Shown here: positions 8,641 through 16,137 of the stretch, piece by piece
How the letters are laid out: each line of letters opens with the position of its first letter
Position numbering within the stretch: the stretch's first letter is position 1
NCBI RefSeq assembly: GCF_023703795.1
Contig: NZ_CP098519.1
Span: 92,229-124,228 of the forward strand
Direction: 5' to 3'
Length of the DNA stretch: 32,000 bases
Source: Haloplanus pelagicus
GTDB lineage: Archaea; Halobacteriota; Halobacteria; Halobacteriales; Haloferacaceae
Notes under the pieces: generated by a model
The model's input: the letters and a program-made list of their open reading frames with translations, nothing else
What the model was told of the DNA's origin: nothing
The model's database searches: none
Made by a program: the position numbers and the translations under genes

Positions 8641-10014
8641 ATGCGACGATACGGTATCATTCTGCTACTTATCATTGTAGTCGTGGCCGCTGGCACTACG
8701 GCTACAACGGGTCAACAAGTCCAAGACAGAGCCCCCGAAAGTTGCATAGATGCTTTTACAGCCCAACAGTGGGAGTCGGCTCAGCTTACGGGAGAGATAC
8801 GACTCGCTGAGGATGACACAGTCCAAATCACATACGATGGCCACGGTGAATTGACCCCATTCGAGGTTGACCCACCGACTGCGGCTACCGTTGTCAACAC
8901 GACTGGGTTCTCGAACACTGCGGATGGGACCTACACCTTTGGTGGACGGCAGGCAACACCGACCCTCACGTATCGCGTACAAACTGGATTATCCACCAAT
9001 GAATCTTATGCGAGCGGTGAGTCGTGGCTTCATACTCCGCTCCCTTCGTACATTCAGACCCGCGTCCACCACATCACCCCCGAAGGCGGCCACGTTGGTA
9101 CGCAATTCGCCTATCTTGGAAATTATTCAGCTGTAACGCTTCAAGATGGATGCCACGAAGTCACGGGCATCATCGCTGACGAGAGCCGGTCGGCGGTTGA
9201 CAGTGAGCAAATCGAGCGGCAGCTCCGATACGCGATGACTGAGTACGATGTTGGACACCGTTACAGCAAGACAACAGTCTTCGTAACACCGGGAAAAGTC
9301 GATCCCACTTCCAGTGGTGAAGCACACAAAGCGGACGCGTGGGCGTCCAGTCGACATGGGCCATCGAATACCACCCATATCGTACTCCACGAGTACTTAC
9401 ATACGAGACATTCTTTCGGTGATGCTTCACTAGGCGAGATGAGTTGGTTCAATGAGGGGACAACGGAGTATATGTCTCTACGACTAATGCTGGGCGCTGG
9501 GACACTTTCGCCACGAGAATACAACAACCGATTGGAGAACGCCGCAGGGGGGCGTGCTGTCCTATCGAACCGGTCAACGTGGACCGATCATCGTACCCCA
9601 TACCAGCGGGGAACGTTGTTTAATGCCCATTTAGACCACCGTATCCGAAACGCTACAGACGGCGAGAGTACGCTCGAAGATGTCGTCGCTGTCGCGAACG
9701 CTAAACAGGGGAGCCAGTTCCTTCCGTCTGAACGTGCGGTATTCGATATTGTCGCAACTGTTTCCAATACAGACACAGCGACATGGGCAAACAGTACTGT
9801 AGATAGCAGTCAGGCTTTCGGAATTTCACCAATCCAACAAAAGACCACTCCTGAATGGGAGTACCGGATCTCAATCGCTCACGAAAATCTAAGCGAACAA
9901 CCTCTACTTGGTGTCTTCTTCGGATTGGTGCTTGGGGTTCTGCTGATGACAATTTCCGAAGAGTACGTCAATGGGTCGGAGGATGACAGCCCAGAAAAAT
10001 CAGAAAACAGCTAG
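8641..10014 (+). CDS. Secreted, C-terminally membrane-anchored zinc metallopeptidase (gluzincin / M1-like HExxH...E)
   Basis: N-terminal signal/TM MRRYGIILLLIIVVVAAG. Zinc site IVLHEYLHTRH followed 17 residues later by WFNEGTTEY, which resembles the M1 'W(L/F)NEG' third-ligand motif. C-terminal TM LLGVFFGLVLGVLLMTI plus an acidic tail. There are many NxS/T sequons. Confidence 0.7.
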   Translation: MRRYGIILLLIIVVVAAGTTATTGQQVQDRAPESCIDAFTAQQWESAQLTGEIRLAEDDTVQITYDGHGELTPFEVDPPTAATVVNTTGFSNTADGTYTFGGRQATPTLTYRVQTGLSTNESYASGESWLHTPLPSYIQTRVHHITPEGGHVGTQFAYLGNYSAVTLQDGCHEVTGIIADESRSAVDSEQIERQLRYAMTEYDVGHRYSKTTVFVTPGKVDPTSSGEAHKADAWASSRHGPSNTTHIVLHEYLHTRHSFGDASLGEMSWFNEGTTEYMSLRLMLGAGTLSPREYNNRLENAAGGRAVLSNRSTWTDHRTPYQRGTLFNAHLDHRIRNATDGESTLEDVVAVANAKQGSQFLPSERAVFDIVATVSNTDTATWANSTVDSSQAFGISPIQQKTTPEWEYRISIAHENLSEQPLLGVFFGLVLGVLLMTISEEYVNGSEDDSPEKSENS

Positions 10015-10183
10015 TTAGTAGGCGGCTAAGTCCTCTATTAAAGAAGGCGCTCATTCAGGGTATCCGAATCTGTCAGTACACGCTGCGAGAGTGAGCATTG
10101 GTTCTGTAGGGCCGAGACTGACTGGGCGAAGTCACCCTGATGCTGAATAATATTGGTGAAGCGCCGTACTGTCCGCCTTCTGG

Positions 10184-10453
10184 TCACTTGTCCGGCTTCG
10201 TCCCGGTTCGCAGATTCTCGCGGTACTCAGCCCACGCCTCGTACATTTCGATCTGATCGTTTTTCGACATTGTCTCATCGGTGTCCGGGTCGAAGAACGG
10301 AAGTTCTTCTTTCTCCGGCATCGCCATCACTTGGCTGAGCGGATAGAGCTCAGAGTAGTAGTTTTCGAGGACCCATTCTTCACCGTGATCTTCGACAGCT
10401 TCGGTAATGAATGGGGCTGCTTCCGGGTACTCGTCGGCAAGGGTATCGGGCAT
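10184..10453 (-). CDS. Hypothetical small acidic protein
   Basis: An 89-aa ORF with a strongly acidic, haloarchaeal-type composition. It is co-directional with and 29 nt downstream of 10483..10839. The overlapping plus-strand ORF is basic and Arg/Ser-rich, as expected for an antisense frame. Confidence 0.55.
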   Translation of the reverse strand: MPDTLADEYPEAAPFITEAVEDHGEEWVLENYYSELYPLSQVMAMPEKEELPFFDPDTDETMSKNDQIEMYEAWAEYRENLRTGTKPDK

Positions 10454-10482
10454 TGTGAACTGTAGTGGGAAGAGTGGCCGGC

Positions 10483-10839
10483 CTACGCGTCGGTGAACTC
10501 AGCAAGCGAGTGGTTGGGACTGCTGTGGTTCCACTTTCCGATCTGAATGAGATCGAAGGTCTCGATGTCGTCTTCAACAGCGGCGTCAAGTGTGGCAGTA
10601 ATGTCGGCAGAGAGACTGTCGACACGGATCGCCGTCACTGGGTGACCTCCAAGCTTGTAGCCGGTTGCGAGACTCGTGGGAGAGACGACGATTACCGCAC
10701 CACCATCGACAGCGTCGAGGGCGAGTTGGGCATCCCGATGCTGGAGGACGGTCGCATCCAGCTCATCGACAGGGAAGAGACAGACTGCTGTCCCGTACTC
10801 AATGCTCGCCCCCGCTGTGTAGAAATGCCCTATAGACAT
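10483..10839 (-). CDS. Hypothetical acidic protein
   Basis: A 118-aa acidic ORF (MSIGHFYTAGASIEYG...). It competes with the 5' part of plus-strand ORF 10465..11775. I prefer this one because the plus frame must cross an obviously non-coding low-GC stretch (10840-10950). GC3 is similar in both frames, so the call is not firm. Confidence 0.5.
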   Translation of the reverse strand: MSIGHFYTAGASIEYGTAVCLFPVDELDATVLQHRDAQLALDAVDGGAVIVVSPTSLATGYKLGGHPVTAIRVDSLSADITATLDAAVEDDIETFDLIQIGKWNHSSPNHSLAEFTDA

Positions 10840-10874
10840 AATCAGCTGCTACTATATGCCCTATGGACATTAAT
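10825..10874. repeat. Imperfect tandem duplication of the start region of gene 10483..10839
   Basis: ATGCCCTATAGACATAAT (10825-10842) and ATGCCCTATGGACATTAAT (10856-10874). On the minus strand both copies read ATG TC(T/C) ATA GGG CAT, which encodes MSIGH. Confidence 0.75.
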
Positions 10875-10953
10875 ATTGCGGCTCCAATCAATACCGAGTC
10901 ATGCGACTCGGCCAGCCCGTAAGTTGAATATCCAGCCCGTTTCAGCGCTGTGT

Positions 10954-11775
10954 GTGGCTCGAAATCTGTACGAGAGTACCGCGGCGGCACTCGCGACTGG
11001 ATCTGTGGAACACATTTCGTACGAGACCCCACCGAGCACTGCTGCCGAGTGGCTCGTGACGAATGGCTACGATGCGGCGCCAGTTGACCGGGACGGCGAC
11101 CCAGTTGGATTCATCCACGAAGATGACGTCGACACCGACGATACTGGTGACACGCTTGAGGCGGCGCTCACACCGCTCACTATTGACTACATGATTAGCG
11201 GTGACACGTCGTTCGCGGAGAGTCTCGCAGCGCTAATCGAGGAGCCGGTCTATTTCCTTGGGGGCCACAACCGGATCACCGGCATCCTCACCCGTGCGGA
11301 TCTGAATACCCCACCCGCACGGATGTATCTCTTCGATCGGATCACGTACTTGGAAGAACATCTGCGAGAGATCATCTCGTCGGAGGTTTCCGATTGGAAG
11401 CAGACTCCTGTGAGTACCGACGAAATCGATGGTATCGAAACCCGGTATGCGGATGCCAAAGCCGCTAACGTGGAATTATCAGAGATTCACTACGCCCAAT
11501 TTTCGACACTCAGTACGATTGTGTCGAGCGTCGAGGCCTGTTGGCAAGAGTGCGGGTTTTTAATGGCAGGTGAGGCGCAGTCGCGGCTTCACGACATTAC
11601 GGAACTCCGGAACGATGTCGCCCACGCCAATCTCCTCGTTGAGCATACGGAAGATGATAAGTTTCTGAGTAGCGGCCGGACGACTGAGAATCTGTATACT
11701 CTCCTTGCGGACATCGAACAGATCCTGACCAGCCTACAGGGTGCGGGGTACGCGCCGGAGACTGCCACAGAGTAG
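10954..11775 (+). CDS. CBS-domain pair fused to a C-terminal HEPN-like domain (putative ligand-regulated RNase)
   Basis: CBS-like segments are ...WLVTNGYDAAPVDRDGDPVGFIHEDDV and ...PVYFLGGHNRITGILTRADLN. The C-terminal ITELRNDVAHAN carries an R-x4-H HEPN motif. I place the start at the in-frame GTG at 10954 (MARNLYEST...) rather than the ORF-track ATG at 10465. The start is uncertain. Confidence 0.62.
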   Translation: MARNLYESTAAALATGSVEHISYETPPSTAAEWLVTNGYDAAPVDRDGDPVGFIHEDDVDTDDTGDTLEAALTPLTIDYMISGDTSFAESLAALIEEPVYFLGGHNRITGILTRADLNTPPARMYLFDRITYLEEHLREIISSEVSDWKQTPVSTDEIDGIETRYADAKAANVELSEIHYAQFSTLSTIVSSVEACWQECGFLMAGEAQSRLHDITELRNDVAHANLLVEHTEDDKFLSSGRTTENLYTLLADIEQILTSLQGAGYAPETATE

Positions 11776-11826
11776 CAATCCGTCGGACGTCCAACTACTA
11801 TCATCCCTCGCTGATTCGTCTGATCT

Positions 11827-12807
11827 ATGAGTGACTCAGCGGCAGGCGTCCTCCTTGGTCTCGCCTGCGGTGATGCCCTCGGCCGTCCGGTAGAGTTCCA
11901 GCAAACAACCTCCATCCAGCGCCGGCACGGCTGCGTTACGGAGATGCTGGCCAACGGGACCCATGGCCAACCGGCTGGCACGATCACGGACGACACCGAG
12001 ATGGCGCTGTGTGTGGCTCGAAGCCTCGTTGGTTCGGGCCACTTCGACCCCGTTGACGTCGCAGACCGATTCGTTGAGTGGTATCAATCAGACCCGTTTG
12101 ACATTGGACTACTCACTAGCACAGTCCTCAGGCGACTCCGAGATGGTGACGCGTGGGATGAGGCTGGGATCGATGAGTGGAAACACCTCCCAGAGGGATC
12201 CAATGCGGGCAACGGCAGCGTCATGCGATGTGCCCCGTACGGGATCGCGTTTGCTGGTGAGTCCGATGTACTCGTGACTGCGAGTCGTGTGTCGTCGGCG
12301 ATCACGCATGCCGACCCGCGCTGCCAATGGGGATGTGTGATTCTAAACGCGACGCTCGCTGGCCTGCTCGGGGGTAAGGAACAGCCGCTTGCGTCCGCGC
12401 TTGAACTCGCAGTGAATGCGCCTGCTGAACTCCGGAGCGCGTGTGAAGCTGTTCAGGCAATTGTGGAAGGGTCTGAGTCTGCGGCGGATCTTGAACTCGC
12501 TAATTCGGGCTATGTCGTCACAACACTTCAGGCGGGGCTCTATCACGGATTGACTGCTGAGAGTGCGGAGGACGCCATCGTCGATGCGGTGATGCTGGGT
12601 GGTGATACAGATACGATTGCGGCCGTTGCTGGGGCTGTTGCGGGGGCACGGTTTGGCGCGTCCGGGCTTCCCGATCGTTGGTTCCGGGCAATCGATGAGA
12701 CGGCCGAACTCACAAAGTTAGGCCAGCAACTCGATACGATGGATTTGTCGCTTCCTGAGTCAGTCGCTGAGAATCTTTCGAGTAGCCAATTTGATTTACA
12801 AGCCTAA
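11827..12807 (+). CDS. ADP-ribosylglycohydrolase family protein (DraG/ARH-like)
   Basis: N-terminal GLACGDALGRPVEF, central TDDTEMAL, and C-terminal GGDTDTIAAVAGAVAGARFG are the characteristic family motifs. Confidence 0.88.
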   Translation: MSDSAAGVLLGLACGDALGRPVEFQQTTSIQRRHGCVTEMLANGTHGQPAGTITDDTEMALCVARSLVGSGHFDPVDVADRFVEWYQSDPFDIGLLTSTVLRRLRDGDAWDEAGIDEWKHLPEGSNAGNGSVMRCAPYGIAFAGESDVLVTASRVSSAITHADPRCQWGCVILNATLAGLLGGKEQPLASALELAVNAPAELRSACEAVQAIVEGSESAADLELANSGYVVTTLQAGLYHGLTAESAEDAIVDAVMLGGDTDTIAAVAGAVAGARFGASGLPDRWFRAIDETAELTKLGQQLDTMDLSLPESVAENLSSSQFDLQA

Positions 12808-12863
12808 TTTAGAATTTTTAACCAACAACTGGGGATATTTCGAGCTATTGTAGGTTAAAGTGA

Positions 12864-13046
12864 CTACTCTACTTCATCAGTTTCGGCCCGTCCGTGCCGT
12901 CTATCTATCTCATCAAACATATCGAGTGTCTTTCGGATTGATGCCCGAACCGCATCGCTTCGATTGACGAATTTTCCCTCGTCACCGACGTGTTCATCGA
13001 GGTCATCAAGCAGTTCTTGGGGGATCTCGACGCTGACCTTCGGCAT
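12864..13046 (-). CDS. Ribbon-helix-helix (CopG/NikR-type) DNA-binding protein
   Basis: The 60-aa MPKVSVEIPQELLDDLDEHV...FVNRSDAVRASIRKTL shows the beta-strand, helix, helix pattern of RHH proteins. Confidence 0.7.
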   Translation of the reverse strand: MPKVSVEIPQELLDDLDEHVGDEGKFVNRSDAVRASIRKTLDMFDEIDRRHGRAETDEVE

Positions 13047-13155
13047 ACCCTATAATCGCAGAGGAATCTCTTCAGAATGTCGCACAGTACAACGGTTCCC
13101 TTCACACCTAGGATGACCCACAGTAGATAGCGAACCAAGCGTGCTGATTAATAAA

Positions 13156-13845
13156 CTACGAGAACTCCGGCCGTTCCGCGTACGCAATCGGATCGCGTGA
13201 CTCGGCATTCCGGAATGCTTCGAGTCGGAACGCACACGCATCACACGTTCCGCACGCCGGTTCCTCATCCCGGTAACACGACCACGTCATGTCGTATGGC
13301 ACACCGAGCTCCAACCCCCGCTCGGCGATCTCCGTTTTCGACCATTCGACGAACGGCGCTTTCAACTCGATCTGTGTCTCCGGTTTTGTCCCGACATCGA
13401 TCACGTTCTGAAAAGCGTCGAAAAACGCCGGGCGACAGTCAGGGTATCCGGAGAAATCCTCCGAATGTGCGCCGATAAACAGCGCCTCTGAATCAGTCGC
13501 CTCCGCGTACGACGTCGCCATCGACAACAAATTCGCATTCCGGAAGGGGACGTACGATGTCGGAATGTCGTCACTCTCAAGATCTGCGTCGGCCACGTCC
13601 ATCTCCTCGTCGGTCAAACTCGACGCACCGATCTGGGAGAGATGTCCCGTTTCGATATGGAGGAAGTCAGCCGCATCAACTTCCTCCGCGAGCGCTTTCG
13701 CACACTCGTACTCCTTGTCTTCGGTGCGCTGACCGTACGACGTATGGAGGAAGTACGGCTCGTAGCCCTGCACGATCGCCTCGTAGACAGCCGTCGCACT
13801 ATCCATCCCACCAGACACCAGAATCACCGCGCTTTTGTTGCTCAT
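13156..13845 (-). CDS. queC: 7-cyano-7-deazaguanine (preQ0) synthase
   Basis: PP-loop AVILVSGGMDSATA, YVPFRNANLL, and a C-terminal zinc cluster WSCY...CGTCDACAFR. The length is 229 aa. Confidence 0.95.
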   Translation of the reverse strand: MSNKSAVILVSGGMDSATAVYEAIVQGYEPYFLHTSYGQRTEDKEYECAKALAEEVDAADFLHIETGHLSQIGASSLTDEEMDVADADLESDDIPTSYVPFRNANLLSMATSYAEATDSEALFIGAHSEDFSGYPDCRPAFFDAFQNVIDVGTKPETQIELKAPFVEWSKTEIAERGLELGVPYDMTWSCYRDEEPACGTCDACAFRLEAFRNAESRDPIAYAERPEFS

Positions 13846-13939
13846 ATCTGCTTGGTTGCGTCGAATCGATTATCGCTCTGTTCACCACACCGCACTCGCG
13901 GCACCGTGCTCTTCTGACCGGCCTCTAAGGATAACGTGC

Positions 13940-14716
13940 TCATGTCCCCGGTGCGTCGTTCCATAGGTCCACGTGGAGTCGCGGCGTGTACCGGTAGCCG
14001 TACTCCATCGCCAGCTCGGCGACCTCGCTTCGCGTCCCGTCGAGTTGCTCGCGCGTCATGCCCTCCGGCATCAACAACACGTCATCATCGGCGACAGTCG
14101 TCGCCGTCGCTTTTTGTACTCGGTCAACCAGGTCCGTAATCTCCGGGAGGTCCGTCTCGTCGGTCACGACGAACTTGAGTTGCGTCTCGTACGTATCGAC
14201 CATCTGGGACAACGCATCCATGTCAATTCGATTCTGTTCGTGTTTCTCCTCCCACTCGCCCTCCCCCTTCGGGTCACGATCGGGTGTTGGCGTGCTGCTC
14301 GCCAGCTTCGGGCTGATACTCGCTAAATCGATCGGCGCGTCCCGGTAGATTGTCCCGTTCGTTTCCACCGTCGTGTGATAGCCGTCTGCGGCGAGTCGTT
14401 CGAGGAGTTCGACTGACTCCTCATGGATGAGTGGCTCCCCACCTGTGAGGACGACGTGGCCAGCCTGTTCGTGGGACTGTACTTCTTCCACGATCGAGTC
14501 GATGTCGCGCCACGCCCCGGTCGGCTCCCACGAGGTATGGTACGAATCACAGAACCAACACCGCAGATTACATCCAGAGGTCCGTACGAAGACGGAGGGG
14601 ACGCCTGCGAGCGTTCCCTCGCCCTGTAACGAGTAGAACACCTCGTTGATCGGGAGGCCCTCACCAGTCGCGTCAGCGTCTGTTGCGGGCTCTTCGATAT
14701 CACTAGCAACCGGCAT
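13940..14716 (-). CDS. queE: 7-carboxy-7-deazaguanine synthase (radical SAM)
   Basis: INEVFYSLQGEG, FVRTSGCNLRCWFCDS (Cx3Cx2C) and VVLTGGEPL. Its start overlaps the queD stop (TGATG at 14714-14718). Confidence 0.93.
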   Translation of the reverse strand: MPVASDIEEPATDADATGEGLPINEVFYSLQGEGTLAGVPSVFVRTSGCNLRCWFCDSYHTSWEPTGAWRDIDSIVEEVQSHEQAGHVVLTGGEPLIHEESVELLERLAADGYHTTVETNGTIYRDAPIDLASISPKLASSTPTPDRDPKGEGEWEEKHEQNRIDMDALSQMVDTYETQLKFVVTDETDLPEITDLVDRVQKATATTVADDDVLLMPEGMTREQLDGTRSEVAELAMEYGYRYTPRLHVDLWNDAPGT

Positions 14717-15177
14717 CAGTACGACGCACAGAGCTCCTTGGTCTCGCTCACCGACACCGACACATCCGTCACGGTATCCGGGAACTCATCGAGCATGCGT
14801 TGTTCGAGGAGGAGGCTCATCACCTCCGCCGTCGGCGGGTGTTCCAACACCACGAGCGCGTCGCCGTCACCAGACGCCTCGAACGCATCTACAAGCGGGT
14901 CGCCCTCCTCAACCAGGAACCGGTGATCCCACGCGTCGATGACGTCCGTGACGTCGCCTTTGTCGACGACCCAGCCCTCCTCGGTGAGTTCACCGGTCAC
15001 TTCGACAGTGATCTCGTAGTTGTGGCCGTGTGGCCGCGAACACTTCCCGTCGTGATGTAGGATTCGATGACCCGAACTGATCCGGATTGGATTGTCGCCT
15101 CCGATTTTGAGTGTCCGCTGGCCTGCCTCGACCAAGTTTTCAGCCGTAGAATCATCTTGTGATATGCTTTGAGACAT
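14716..15177 (-). CDS. queD: 6-carboxy-5,6,7,8-tetrahydropterin synthase
   Basis: SSGHRILHHDGKCSRPHGHNYEITVEV carries the His/Cys/HGH catalytic and zinc motif of QueD/PTPS. It is translationally coupled to queE. Confidence 0.92.
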   Translation of the reverse strand: MSQSISQDDSTAENLVEAGQRTLKIGGDNPIRISSGHRILHHDGKCSRPHGHNYEITVEVTGELTEEGWVVDKGDVTDVIDAWDHRFLVEEGDPLVDAFEASGDGDALVVLEHPPTAEVMSLLLEQRMLDEFPDTVTDVSVSVSETKELCASY

Positions 15178-15416
15178 ACTCGAAGATTACCAATCGCAGA
15201 TATAAATATTAGGATCCAGCTTAATTATCGAGTACGGGCCTGTTCACTAGTTTTGGATTATGAACACTTATTCACAAAGTATGGCACCTTTCACACGGAT
15301 TTTCGCCGGATTGGTGAGAGACACTTTTCCGCCAAATGTTGAGGAGCTCTCGACCGATCAAGAAGATGAACAACACCATCCAAGATTACAAATATACACT
15401 ACGATAAGAATAGACA

Positions 15417-15788
15417 ATGAGTAAACGAGAAGATCAACGAGAGAGTAGCTTGTCCTTGAGTGAAATAGACTCCACGCGAGCCCCTGATGAAAAGCAAATG
15501 GACGGCAAATCTGGAGAGATGCTGTATCAGCTCAAATTTCACAAAAGGCAGGGAGCAACCACCGAGGTGGGAAAAGTAACTGAAATCGGATCGTTAGAGG
15601 ATTCGCCTCCCGTTGATCTTCAGGCACTTCAGACAGATACCTATACTCACTATGCTATCTTCCGTTTGAAAGATCGATCAACGACACTGATTGTACAAGA
15701 CGAATCTGGAAATACGCACAAAGCGCTTTCACTTGGCAAAGATACTGTGAAAGTACCTTACAAAGTGAGTATTACCATCCAATCTTAG
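15417..15788 (+). CDS. Hypothetical protein
   Basis: A 123-aa ORF at the left end of the island with no recognisable motif. It is the only sizeable ORF in a 960-bp stretch. Confidence 0.4.
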   Translation: MSKREDQRESSLSLSEIDSTRAPDEKQMDGKSGEMLYQLKFHKRQGATTEVGKVTEIGSLEDSPPVDLQALQTDTYTHYAIFRLKDRSTTLIVQDESGNTHKALSLGKDTVKVPYKVSITIQS

Positions 15789-15946
15789 TAACAGTTCCCA
15801 GCTGATAGACCCCAAAGTGGTCTTGCTACTTCCAGTCTCTGAGAAGTAATGCTCCGTTCGCTGAGCAGGTTGTGGCTCATTGTAGTATCGCAAAATTTTC
15901 GCGTATATTGTTAGCTACACTAGAATAAATGAAATAGTCTCGTGAA

Positions 15947-15970
15947 ATCACAAACATAGATCACAAACAT
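15947..15970. repeat. Direct repeat ATCACAAACAT x2 (13-bp period) upstream of the TGT-like gene
   Basis: ATCACAAACAT occurs at 15947-15957 and again at 15960-15970, about 170-190 bp upstream of the ATG at 16138, in an AT-rich non-coding region. Confidence 0.6.
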
Positions 15971-16137
15971 TCCACTCTATATTCGAACGTAGCATCGGTT
16001 ACTCACCTTCTGTGGATTCAACGGAACAAGAATCGGGATAATAGTAATGTTATCATAATATATCTGTGCTTACACTCACTGTATTGAAGACACAAATGAT
16101 ATGACGAGTGAGGTAGGGTATCTGAGTAAGTAGCTTC

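Noticed and set aside
8641-10014. PGF-CTERM/archaeosortase signal at the peptidase C-terminus
   Set aside because: The C-terminal TM helix (LLGVFFGLVLGVLLMTI) is not preceded by a PGF tripeptide and is followed by a long acidic tail. I call it a plain TM anchor.
10465-10953. The 5' 163 codons of the 436-aa plus-strand ORF 10465..11775, read as one long protein
   Set aside because: The frame has to cross a low-GC, basic, non-protein-like stretch (MPYRHNQLLLYALWTLILRLQSIPSHATRPARKLN). Its first part is antisense to an acidic 118-aa ORF. The recognisable CBS/HEPN part begins only after an in-frame GTG at 10954.
13973-14348. Plus-strand ORFs over queE, and similar ones over queC and queD (13197..13478, 13557..13928, 14646..14942)
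   Set aside because: They are Arg/Pro/Ser-rich antisense frames. The minus-strand genes carry diagnostic QueC, QueE and QueD motifs.
13156-15177. Treating queC/queE/queD as horizontally acquired members of the island
   Set aside because: Their G+C and codon style match the backbone, they are on the opposite strand, and haloarchaea need them for tRNA archaeosine. I kept them as an adjacent precursor supply rather than island cargo.
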